A stretch of DNA of 64,000 nt from Trichoplax adhaerens (Eukaryota > Animalia > Placozoa): positions 8,645,070 through 8,709,069 of the forward strand of contig NW_002060943.1 in the NCBI RefSeq assembly GCF_000150275.1, given 5' to 3'. Shown here piece by piece: positions 1-12,292 of this stretch; position 1 is the stretch's first letter; every line of letters starts with the position of its first letter. A program made the translations under genes and the position numbers. Under the pieces are notes generated by a model, which was not told the origin of the DNA, searched no databases, and was given only the letters and a program-made list of their open reading frames with translations.

Positions 1-1472
1 TCATTTATTGCTGCATGCAGTTCTGATATTTGCTATAAAGTCGTGGCATTAGTTAAAGATTATTCTTTTAGTAATATTCTATTCTGTGTCTATTTAGCAT
101 TCCTACATTTTTAATAAAAAATTAGCAATATACAATTATTAACATATGTGTAACAGTAAGATAGCTATCATCAAATATTAAATTTGCATAGTCGAATAAA
201 ATTTTGAATAAAATTTGAATTAAAAAAGATATTAGCTCTTTCTTCATCGCTTTTATCTTTTTCATTTAATATTTCATTAATTCTTGTTTCAAATAACTGG
301 CGCTGGCTATTGAGTTCTTTTTTCAATTTTTCTCGATCTTCATTTATTTTTGCAAGTTCCTGTATCAACGGATTGATTTCAATGATTCATTATCTCTATT
401 ATCATATGCAATAATAACTACTATCATCAAGTTTGTGCGCTGCAATAACTTGTTTTGCTTTAGCAGTCTATTCAGACAATGTGATATAGAATGAATTTTT
501 TGATTCATCTGTGGTAGTTATAGGCGGAATAGTATATAATGATTTCCATTTAGGCAGTTTATTTATGTCTTAGGATGTAAGTCCTTCAAATTTGTCATTT
601 TAACAGCATACTGCTTGCAATATTACCTTTATAAGATCGGCAACCCTCTTTTTATCTTCTAAACGTAAATCTTTAATCGTTACACCTTCATTGAGACGCA
701 TTTGTTCGGTATCATTCATTATTTTATTAACATTAGATGCTGAAGCTTGCTTATTCGCCTTTCTTGAAATGGTTTTATTTTCTGATAAAATCATTATGAT
801 ATGAGTTGGTCAATTAAATCTATTTAGCGCCTATTAACTTCTAAGTTATAGACGATTTACGTAGTAATGCATACCGCATTTCGTATCAATGATGATTATC
901 ACATGCGATAATATCGATAATTAAGTAGTCAAACTTTTAGCTTGTAAAACAGCCTTAACTAATAACACTGCCTCTGGAAATCAGATCAGTATTTATTTAA
1001 TATAAACGTTAATTTGCGATATATAAGAATAGTTTAGCGTACATTTTCATTGCTAATCATTATCCCATGAATTAGTTAATGGGATAACGGGAAAGAAAAT
1101 TCTAGAAAGGTTTAATTCGGAAACAAATATTGACCTACCGCGCGTATCTAATGACATATTGGTAATCGCTTTTCCATCCTGTTTATGTTTATCCTGGCGA
1201 ACTTTTAATTTAATATTTAATGTTATGACTAGTTAATCCTTGCAAACCCGTTATGCCTTATAAACCTTCAGTAGCTATCCATTAAAACATTATATTTCAT
1301 AGCAAAGTAATCTATCTATAACAGAAATCAATTCATTTCTTGCTTCTTGATTAAGTTTTCGCTTAGTTTAAAACCTCTGATGTTTAAAATGTTTTTAATT
1401 AATTTCCTTTTAATCCTTACATTTACTCCAGAAGAAGTCGACTGGATGGCGGTCTTGCTCATTGAAGGCCAT
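1..1472 (-). CDS. KIAA1328: KIAA1328/hinderin-like coiled-coil protein, 5' part (3' end beyond the window)
   Basis: Splicing exon 781-627 to the exon starting at 359 (GT at 626-625, AG at 361-360) gives VTIKDLRLEDKKRVADLIK|ELAKINEDREKLKKEL, resembling the conserved hinderin motif LKDLxLEDKRRIANLIKELARV. Putative exon 1 1472-1421 (MAFNEQDRHPVDFFWSK) echoes the N-terminal FWS motif. Exon 2 ends at 1139, acceptor at 1201 or 1228. The donor of the 359 exon is unclear; a further exon begins near 32. Confidence 0.7.
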
Positions 1473-2840
1473 TGTTGCCTTGGTGACTGAGCATGTGCAG
1501 AAATTTGAAATCTTCCTCACACTTTCTTGCATCAGTTTCAGCAAAGATGATGAATAACTAATTCAGTTTATAGACACTTAAAGATGATATTAAGGAGTTT
1601 AAGAAAGGATAAATGTATCTAAGATTACAAAATCAAGAGAGAGTACTTGGTTAATTAAGTTAACTTAGTAAGGGATCCCAAGATGAGAGGCTACAATACT
1701 CCGTAAAGTACATACAGTATCCTGGTTCTTATTATTAGGGGTTTATTAAGAAAGAAGAAATGTGTCTACGAGCTCAACATGGAGACAGAGCACTTGGTTA
1801 ATTATGTTAGTAAGAGTACTGTACTATCTGACCTTGTGAATTTCGAAAGCCTGGGTGAAGAAATTACAAGAGAGTAGAGCAATTTCAGCGAGGTGCACGA
1901 AAAAATTATATTGGGGTGAATGGGTCCACACGAACCAATTCACTATTGCATACTGTTGACTCGATTCTGCAACACGCTAAACAGAAGTGACAGAGTTTAG
2001 TCGAGAAGTAAACTATCAGCTTGTAGAGTGTATAAAAGTGTTTCGCTACATACCAAGATGTGGCTTACTCGTAGAGCTGTTCGACTTTTCTTATCATTAC
2101 AACACAGCATTTTGCGTCCATAAGGTACACTAAATCGTGCTCATGTCGGCCAACGCTCCAATGATGGTTAAATAAATAATAATGATTTTGACTGACAAGA
2201 AGTGTTGTTCAAGTTCCAAAGCGTTGTTGATTGAACAGTGCTCAGTAAAAGAGGCATCCTTGAATTTTATTGATTTGATACGTCGAAAAATATCGATTTT
2301 AGTAACTGTCGAGCAGATTTTAATGATGGAAAATCATATCGTTAGTAGCATCATTTTTTTTATTACACAGCTGTAGTCATAGGAACACTGCAGAGTAACT
2401 ACTTTGCTGGCTAGAAACAATGAGAGCTGTAAATTGCGATTGCGAACTGGCATAGAGACAGTTTTTTTTTGCATTTTTGATCATGTTAGTAGGTCATTGC
2501 AGAGACTACCTAACAAACGATCATTTTCCCTTTAGCTTAATACTATAAGGAGATAGAAGAAATGTTTTGAGTGCTGCTGCACCCTATGTGCTGATCAATT
2601 TAGACGATACTGTCGTTGTATTAATCAGTTTAGCGGTTCAATATCCCCCGCGATTTTAATTTTATACTATACTAATTAAGAAATTAGGGTAATAAAAAAT
2701 ATCAAAAAATCGCTCCACACTGGTTCTCACTTGGCCTGTATACTCGCATATGGTTTCTATTTGTAAAAACAGCTCAAGAAATTGGTTGCTAATCATACCA
2801 ATTAATAATGCGTTTGAGTATTTTTGCTGGTCATTCTACC

Positions 2841-3827
2841 ATACGCTATCACTGAAACCGTATATCACTCTGTACATGGTACCTACTATAATCATTCAAG
2901 CATCTGATTTGGATGATTTGCAAGACTTTCGCGGACAGTATAGTCTATCGTTTCAGATATACAGTACTATAGACTTGAGATGACCAACAAAATCGTCAGT
3001 CTCGTCATTTTTACTCCAATTAACGGCTATTACCAATCGCCTCCCATTTCCTCTTTGAGAAAACTGTAGCAAACCCTGTGCAAAGCGAACTGTCGCCTCT
3101 TGTAGCTTTACCTTGGTCATATACCAAAGGGTCAAGACAAACAGTACGACAATGAATTTGCACATGATAGTAATCCTCTTACTTATACGCTATCAGTGAG
3201 ACTAACATGGTATATGATTAATCAATCATTCAGGCATCTGATTTAGATGATTTGCAAGACTATCGTGGACAGTATAGTCTATCGTTTCAGATATACTATA
3301 GACTTGAGATGACCAACAAAATCGTCAGTCTCATCATTTTTACTCCAATTAACGGCTGTTACCAATCGCCTCCCATTTCCTCTTTTTAAGAAAACTGTAG
3401 CAAACCCTGTGCAAAGCGAGCTGTCTCCTCTTGTAGCTTTACCTTGGTCATATACCAAAGGGTCAAGACAAACAGTATGACAATGAATTTGCACATGATA
3501 GTAATCCTCTTATACGCTATCAGTGAGGCTAACATGGTATATAATTAATCATTCAAGCATCTGATTTGGATGATTTGCAAGACCATCGTGGACAGTATAG
3601 TCTATCGTCTCAGATATACTATAGACTTGAGATGACCAACAAAATCGTCAGTCTCATCATTTTTACTCTAATAAGCGGCTGTTGCCAATCGTCTCCCTTT
3701 TCTAGTTGAAAAAAGTGTAGCAAAATCTGCGCAAAATGAACTGTCGCCTCTTGTAGCCTTGCCTTGGTCATATACCAACGGGTCAAGACAAACAGTATGA
3801 CAATAAATTTGCACACGATAGTAATCC
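2841..3827. repeat. Tandem repeat, about 3 copies of a ~325-335 bp unit
   Basis: ATCATTCA(A/G)GCATCTGATTT recurs at 2891, 3225 and 3548, followed by near-identical sequence. The similar short ORFs 2953-3165, 3279-3494 and 3619-3882 reflect this repeat. Confidence 0.95.
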
Positions 3828-4165
3828 TGCTAGAGACAGCCGTGATGTCAATCAATACTGGATTGCCATTGGCCATGACCAATGTGTACCGTACAGTCCA
3901 TACTCGTATAGTGATCTATAGAAGAAAAAAATACGACGTAGCTCGGATAGCAAGTAGGACCTAGAGAGCGTTATTGCACGCGAGCTTGATGATCAAGATA
4001 TCGAAATCCTAACGGAAAGGAATAGAAATGGTTGCAAAGTACAGCATATCACGTTATCACGTCTAAAAGGTTGCAATCTTTCTACTGCGATAGAGCTAAT
4101 CGGTTGGTATTGAGCCTTGAACTTGTTACTGTGGATAATCTAATTGTAGCATACCTGTATATTGA

Positions 4166-6461
4166 ATGCTTGCAACACTGCCCAAGGTAGTCCAGGTTAT
4201 CTCAAGGTGTAGCCGAAGGAGTTGGAATCGATTAATAGCTAATAGTAGTGTTCAATTATTTCTATCTACGAGTTGGTTGTGCCATTACACCATGAATAAA
4301 GCTATAGTCAGGATCCCTCCAGATAACAATATTGTTTGCATTGATTATGATATTGGATTTAAGATGCGTTACTTGCAACGCGACAAAGATGAAGTCGTCA
4401 GTCGTGCATTAGCCAGAATCAAGTTAAGTTATATCAAGGAAAAACAATCCCCAAAAAAGAAAGGAAAACGCAATCGACAACCACCACAACAAGATTCGGA
4501 TGTACTACAGGCTTTCTTACTCGATGGGAATGGAAATCGAATAGATGAAAATATCACCAACGGTATAGCATGGTCTCAAGCAAAACAACTCATTGTTGGT
4601 GATAAACAATATGCTATTGAAGTTAATCCACCCAAGATTTTATCCTTGCGCTTACCGGATACGATAATGGCTCAATTTCCTATGGTACCGATATTGACTG
4701 CGGAATTTACTGATACCATAAAGTACGATTGGTTTACCATAGCACCTGATAGTAATGAAGAGACATTAGTTGAATCTAAGATTGTCAATCACGATTCTAC
4801 GCAAATAACGGCCTTTATACCCCAAACTCAGCATGTTGGCTCCAAGTTAAAGGTAGTTTGCACACCTTATAATAGCCAACATACTCAAGGCTCCGATCCT
4901 TCATCTGTAACCGTAGCGGCAGCAATAACTGCTGGTCCAGGTACTTGCCCTTGCCAAATGACTCATCTCTACACCAAGAAACGTTTAACTCAACCTGATT
5001 CTTTCCGCATTGTCAGTTATAACGTGTTAGCTGATACTTATTCAAGTCAAGAGCATACACAAAAAGTCTTATTCCCTTATTGTCCTCCATACGCACTCAG
5101 TATTGATTATCGAAAGTTGTTAATCACACGAGAGCTATATGGATACAACGCCGACATTATTTGTTTACAAGAATGCGATAAAGATATATTTAACCAATTC
5201 TATGCTCCGTTTATGAAAGGGTTAGGCTACGATGGCATCCAAGATAGCAAAAGTATGCTCAATTTTACATGCATATAGCTCACACAAAGACTTGTAGATT
5301 ACAAAAGTTTCATGGATTTATTCTCTTCAATCCCCATATAGTCGATCATTCTCCTTTCTTATCCATCATAACTAGTGTTGAACATCACTTGCTCAAGATA
5401 TCGAACTTTTCTATTCTTGATATCTTTCATTGACTAACTCCATCTATTTTACCCTTATTAATCCTAGTTAACAATAGAGAAGGAGAAGCGACATTCTATC
5501 ATATGGATCGATTTAATATGATTGATCATCATTGTCAAAGTATTGGTAATACCTTGAAAAATGTGAGTTTAAAACTAAATGGAATATGGTCATCATTTTT
5601 ATTGATGATTGGCAGTAATATACCTGGATTGCTTTTTACCATACATAACATAGGATGAAATCTTTGAACAAATTTGTAAATGTCCCACATTGAAGTATAG
5701 GTTACTTAACAGGAATAGCATAGTACAGGTATACAGAAGTAAACATAGCCGTAGTTTTATTTAAAGTGCAATTTTATATTTTTTAGCGGGGATCCATTGA
5801 TAGATAATTGAGTTATTTCTACCTTTAGATTGTAACTTTACAACCCAAAGAACTGGAGAATATTAGATTGGTAGTAGTCAATACGCACTTTTATTTTAGA
5901 CCACAAGCTTCTCACATTAGAATTCTTCAGGGCTATTCCATGTTGAAATGTGTAGAGAAATACTGTGAAAAATTCATAGGTAAGTTATTTGTATTAAAAA
6001 TATCACTATTCCAAATGTAGTATACATACATATTCCGCATAGGCCTATTTGTATCTACTCTTAATGCTTCCATCCTTCATGTAGGTAATGATGTTCGAGT
6101 TTTATACTGTGGAGATTTTAATAGTCATCCTCGTACAGCTCTTGTTAAGTTAATGACAACTGGTAGTGTCCAATCCAATGATCCTGTATGGCATGAAGGC
6201 GGCGAGGAAGAATTCTGTGAGAATATTTCCCTACGAAATGACAAGAAATGTGTTAGTTTTACTGGATATCCTCAATTTACTAATTTCGTCAATGGATTCG
6301 TCGAATGTCTGGATTATATATTTGGTCAGCCGGAACATTTTCAAGTCGAACAAGTCTTTCCTTCTATGACAGAAGAAGTAGCTGCCGCATATACCGCTTT
6401 GCCTTCTGTTGTTTCACCGTCCGACCATGTTGCTATTGGCTGTGATTTGAGATTGAAGTAG
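4166..6461 (+). CDS. PDE12: 2',5'-phosphodiesterase 12 (CCR4/nocturin-like EEP deadenylase), about 594 aa
   Basis: Exons 4166-5252, 5468-5562, 5654-5728, 5829-5979 and 6085-6461 are all GT-AG and in frame (1785 nt). EEP motifs SYNVLAD, DIICLQE, NTHFYF, CGDFNS, LDYIF and PSDH are present, plus the PDE12-type N-terminal extension (VNPP, KVVCTP) and an Arg/Ser-rich N-terminus compatible with mitochondrial targeting. Confidence 0.92.
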
Positions 6462-8045
6462 TTGTTTGCCATGGTTCAGTTATGATCTTTTACGAAATTC
6501 TTAACTGCAGTTAATTTATTTTAATCAAAATTCTGTCTGCATTGCTTTCATTTATACTTCATCACGAATGGAAGCAACCAATCGAAGTAATATGCAAATT
6601 TTACTGCATTTTTCTTATTCTTTAGATCTTTCTTAACTCTTGTCGATGCAGTCATAATGATAGAATTAGCTAATGTTACAAAATTGCAGAATCAGTATTA
6701 GCATAGTATTTAGTTTGCGCAATGAATTGGCAATTATTCAGTTGACATACAGTACAGAATATATTTTACAAATATTTTTACATGGCTTTACGATTTATCA
6801 GCCTTGAGACATGAATTACTATTACATCGTGTACATGACAATGATAGAACTACTCCGCTGATATTGCGTTGTGATAAATCCTCTGTAAGATTTACATTCA
6901 CTGGATAATAATACTGTACGTTATACAATACTTTTTGATGATATTTGATCGCTACCAAATTATTCATCATAATATAACTTGAAAGTACCGAAATCTATAG
7001 TATCATACGTGCTAGCTAATTTCTGACGATGCGCACGATAACTAATGATTTTGCAGTTTGATTCCGTTGTACAGTTAAATTTATAATTTTAATACAATTG
7101 TTATTTTCAGCATCTTGGACCAAAGTAGATCTTAAACAGAGCACATAGAAATTACGCGTCTGATCGTTTAAATATTAATAAGTGTAATTGATATCAGTCT
7201 ACTGCTAATTGTTATTTCGGTCTGGTATAGTAAGCGTTGATCGATTCGATTATCTTAAGGACGAATATGAACGATAAAATCATGCAAACGGTGCTTGACG
7301 AAGTTATACGATATGTACAACTACCGTACGATAACCGTGGTAGTCAATATATATTTTCGTGATTCAAAAAAACTCTGAGGGGTACATGTTTCGTTTCGAT
7401 TTTAACTTAAATGAGCTCTATGAGGTGTCATTATTATGATAATATCAAATATTGATCATTTATCAGCTCTTAAAACACAACTTGACGAAATGCGACTTCG
7501 TATATTGTGTAATTTATGTATTTCAATTTTAACTACACGATATCAACTACTGAATATAAATTGACTCGCTATGACAATAAATGGCGAATTCTTCGCTGCT
7601 AAGATCATTTCTATTTTCGTACAACAATCAGATTACAATTTCATAATTAAAGATGGACTGGCCTATTATCATTTTGCTTTCGTAGATATGGGTGTATGCT
7701 TATAATGTCTGGTGATGTTTATCTTTCGCCCTAAACTAGTATCATGAATTTACAATGTCTGAATTGCTATAATCTTAGAGAGTGAGATCGTACCACATGA
7801 TCTACTCTAATAAGATCAAAACAAGTTTAATCTTATAAACTCAAACATATTTTCAATAGCACGAAGTATCTTTTACATTAAATGTTCCATTTCTTATAGA
7901 TGAATACTGGACAATTAAAAGCAAAAATATGTGAATGCATTTTTATATGATCGCCTTATCATTGGCCTGCCCAGATTATTATGATAGGATAGATTCATCT
8001 GGTGATATTTTTATGGTTATTATTAGCGTAAGCAGCGATTGGCAG

Positions 8046-8410
8046 ATTTGTGGAATCAGAAATGGGGCATTTTTGACCGATTAAGATAAACTATGAAAGG
8101 ATAGATAAAATAGAAAGTATTAATTTACAGAATCAGAAATGTGTCATTTTTAATCGATAAACTGAAAGGATAGAAGAAATAGAAGGCTTTAATTTACGGA
8201 ATCAGAAATGTGGCATTTTTGATCGATAAGTTATGAAAGAATAGATGAAACAGAAGGCATTAATTAATTTACGGAATCAGAAATATTGCAGTTTTAATCG
8301 ATAAACTATGAAAGGATAGATAAAATAGAGGGCTTTAATTTGTGGAATCAGAAATGTAGCAGTTTTGATCGATTAAGATAAGCTATGGAAGGATAGTAGG
8401 CATTAATGTA
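8046..8410. repeat. Minisatellite, 5 copies of a ~70-77 bp unit
   Basis: (G/A)GAATCAGAAAT...TTTT(A/G)ATCGAT...CTATGAAAGGATAGA units start at about 8052, 8129, 8198, 8273 and 8344. More degenerate related units continue to about 10000. Confidence 0.9.
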
Positions 8411-11245
8411 ACTCCATAGCGTAGTTTGCGAATTTTTCGATTCTAGAATTGTAGATATAGCGTTTGTATCGATTCGAGTATTTTACGATAGAATAAGATG
8501 ACCTAAATTAAATGACAATATATTACCATTATCATAAAATTTTAGATTTATAAAGCTGGAAACATAGCGTTCGTATCAATTAGGATAGACTCTGATAAGA
8601 TAAGAGGGGTTAGTTAGAATTTATTAAAAGATTAATATTCCAAATAAAATAATGAATAAAGTTGCATAAGGTTGTATCGATCAGAATAAACGATAATGAT
8701 AGGATAGCTTCTCCCAAAGTGATAATAGTAAAAGCATAGCAGAACTGATGCGTTGCTACCCATTAGTACAAAGCATCAGAGAATAAATTAAAAAGATGGC
8801 ATTAAAAGATTTTTCTAATATAAACAGGAATAAGACTGTTGAATCAGGCTTGTAAGATCTCTATCAATTAAAATGGATTCAATTTATAATATTATTGCAT
8901 CTATATCGAAAGTAAGAATAATACTAGTATCACAGACTTGAAATGATAGCCTTGTAACCGATTGGAACAGAGTGCGACAAAATAAGTTGAATAGATGACA
9001 GGACATATTTCTTCATTTAAAGTGGAAGAAATCGAAATAGGATTGTAAAGCTAGTGATTCATAAAGAAAGATTCGATAGAGAGAATAATAGAAAAATATA
9101 GAAACTTGAAATCATGACGCTGGTGCCGACTGGGATCGATTACAACGTAATAAATTGAATCGATGACATTAAAAATTTCCCTATTAAAACTGGAATAAAA
9201 TTATCAAATTATAATTATAGGAATCGTTGCCTATAAAGATGAATTTTAATAGTTAATGTTAATGTATCTCTAACGAAAATAGGGACAATAGTATCACTGA
9301 GGTAAATAATAGCATTTTTATCAATTATGATAGACCATGATGGAATAAATTCAATGAATGAAAATAGATATGAAGAATTTGAGCTAATTACAGTAGCAAC
9401 ATGAAGGACGGTGACGCTAGATTATATAACCCATTCACCACAAGAGGGTTTCGACCTAAAAACAAGGATAGAACTATTGAATTGCAATTATAGCCCTTAT
9501 TTCTTAATAAGATAGATTCAATAGACAGTATTGACGAATCTAGAATCTCTATCAAAAGTGAGAATAGCGGGTAGCATCGCAGACTTGAATGATTACTTTG
9601 TTGTTGACTTGGCTAGAACACGATAGAACAAACTAAATGCATGATATATAAAGACTTCCTTTTTATTTTTGATAGAATTGTTGAAGAGAATAACAGCATC
9701 GTTGACTAGAAACAATGGTGTTATTAGAGATTGAGACATAGCACGATAAAATAAACGATATTCAAGATTCCCTTTAGAATCTGACAGAACTGTTTTGAGT
9801 TAAAATTGTTGCACTTGTTAACAATCAAGAAAATTAAATTATTAAACATCAATATTTCTCTATCAAACATCTAACTGTAACTAGAGAATAAGATAGTGGT
9901 ATATGCCATGGATGAGGACGATTTAATTGACTCTCTGAACGGATGCATCTATTAGAGACAAAATGTTTATCAATTTTATCCATAATAATATTTAACGAAG
10001 AAATATTATTAAAAAGTAATAACTGATTTATATTGATTAGCCTAGATAGAAAAATAATAGAACAGTCAATTATTTATCATTTTTATTTTACTGATCAGAT
10101 TGAACTCTCCATGTGAAAAGTAACTATTATGAGCTTGATTTAAATGATTTATAATCATCAACAATTTATGTTAGGAATAGATCAAGGCTTAGTTAATAAT
10201 TTGGATAGATTAGGACTGCGGATTGGATTATTTTTTTGTCCTTATTAATGATATTGCTTCATTGTCAGCAGATTATTATATAGAATATATTGCTATATGT
10301 GTAATATGGATGGCAATGCTAACTTAAAGTTCATAACATAAATTTCATTTTTATAGTAATGATCTTCATTTTCGGATTAAACATGTCGATAATAATCAAT
10401 AATAAGCGTAATACATTCGGAGTTATCATATTCAAAATATAAAGATATTTCTGTAATATTAAAAATACCATACTTTGAAATGTTCTGCTTATGGCAGTGA
10501 AAATAGTAACATGTTTACTCGTTTACAAACAAGTGTAGAGCGGCAAGCAATTAAAATAAGTATCTTATGAAATGATCGCAAAAGAGAAATCCTCATCTGC
10601 TATGATTAAGTGGATTAGATAATTCATTTTCTGATTGTTTTGTAACAAGTTATAAATGATACACGGGATAAATTTTCCTCTTACTAAGTACGTATAAAAT
10701 CATCCTACCACGATTAACCGATTAAAAGATCGATATTCAAAAATTAAGCCATGGCAAGTTGTGTTAACACGATTTTTGACTTCAACTATATTTTAAAACT
10801 GACAATCAGACTTTTAGCATACTTTTAGCATTATCAATCTATCTATAAAAAAATAGCGAATGAAATTGCCGGTAATCATATGTAAAAGATTCTCCTGGCT
10901 GGAGCAGAGTTGAAATAAGATGCTCAGTTAGAGTATAAAATATAAAGATACCGTAAATGTTAACCATGCCTAGTAGTTAATAAACAATCAGAAGTGAAAT
11001 AGCATCATAATGAATTGATGCCTCCTAGATGAAGATGAGAATATGATTTTAGCTATAAAGATTCATTGTAATAACATCGTTAGGATAAATCAAATTCTGC
11101 TTAAAAAGGGAAAAATCAAAATCAACTTTCATTTTGACTACGATGAAATAATGGTCAAAGCGTAGGCAAGATAGTCGATTAAAAGAATATTTACCAACGA
11201 TCTATATAATAGCGTAGAATAGCCTTTCCTTCTTATCCAACAATG

Positions 11246-12292
11246 CTAAAACGACGAATTAGTACTTTTTCGACACTTATGACACGTCAAAATTCTTTCA
11301 AAACTATGCCGAAATGTCTTATTTAGAAAACCATAAATGAAACAGTTAATAGCACTGTTGCTATAGCCGACTATAAAGACTAAATTAAGGATAAATGGTG
11401 ATACCGGTTGGATAAAAAAAAAAAATTGTAAAATGAAAGCACCAGGAGACCAAGCTAACAAAAATGCCAGCAGGACAATAAACATCATACGGGTTACTTT
11501 GGCATCGTCTTTCAAGCGGGCTAAAGGCAATCGATTACCAAGTGCATCTTGACTTGGGCTTCGTTGAGATTTTTTATTCAACATGGGCACAACAACACTG
11601 GAGCCAACTTTCATAGCAACACGTATTACCATACTTCTGGTTCGTGGAATATGATTTTGAAAACTGCGATATTGCTTTCGTAGAATTAAGTAAATTTTAA
11701 TATAAGCAAAAATCATAATCGATAGAGGTAAGAGAATATTAATTAAGATCATTAAAAATTGGTGCTTAAATGGTATAGAATAATCAAACCAGCAATCGAA
11801 AATTTGTGGATGATAGTAATAGGGCGACCATAATTCAGCTGTTGCTGCACTAACAAATGACCAAATCCACAATAAGACTACAACCGCGTAAGCTTTTCGT
11901 TTGGTTAATAAGGTATGGCTACGATGTGGAAAAGCAACTAAGACATAGCGTATAATACTAATGACCACTAACATCCAAACCGATACGACTAGAATGGAAG
12001 CATTTAAGATACCAATAACTTTACACGAAGTAGCATCGCCAATCCATTCGCCTATGATGGTACTTGAAAGTACAGCAGGGATAATAACTATACCAACGAT
12101 TAGATCAGCAAGGGCTAAATTGAAAATCATGATATTTGTGACATTCTGTAGTTTGGAATACGTAACCATGCAAACTAATAAATTTCCAAAGATGGAAAAA
12201 AACATAATTATAGGTAAAGTTACATAACGTAAGATGTAGACATCAGAGGTGACAGTGAGATTGGAACTAAGAGGTGATGTAGTATTATCCAT
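11246..12292 (-). CDS. Intronless rhodopsin-family (class A) GPCR, 348 aa, with melatonin-receptor-like features
   Basis: Seven hydrophobic segments, N-terminal N-glycosylation sequons, TM1 GN, TM2 NLALADL, TM3 Cys, IRY at the DRY position, TM4 W, TM5 LP..IM..Y, TM6 FLLAWSP, TM7 NSAINCFIYG and helix 8 NKTFR. Confidence 0.93.
   Translation of the reverse strand: MDNTTSPLSSNLTVTSDVYILRYVTLPIIMFFSIFGNLLVCMVTYSKLQNVTNIMIFNLALADLIVGIVIIPAVLSSTIIGEWIGDATSCKVIGILNASILVVSVWMLVVISIIRYVLVAFPHRSHTLLTKRKAYAVVVLLWIWSFVSAATAELWSPYYYHPQIFDCWFDYSIPFKHQFLMILINILLPLSIMIFAYIKIYLILRKQYRSFQNHIPRTRSMVIRVAMKVGSSVVVPMLNKKSQRSPSQDALGNRLPLARLKDDAKVTRMMFIVLLAFLLAWSPGAFILQFFFFIQPVSPFILNLVFIVGYSNSAINCFIYGFLNKTFRHSFERILTCHKCRKSTNSSF

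Noticed and set aside
2953-3964. Similar short ORFs suggesting a small gene family
   Set aside because: They lie in the tandem repeat, switch frame between copies and show no recognisable domain.
11961-12227. Antisense or alternative-frame ORFs overlapping real genes (also 6166-6369, 18350-18547, 19427-19815, 23068-23277, 47698-47934)
   Set aside because: Shadow ORFs of true coding exons with no independent support.
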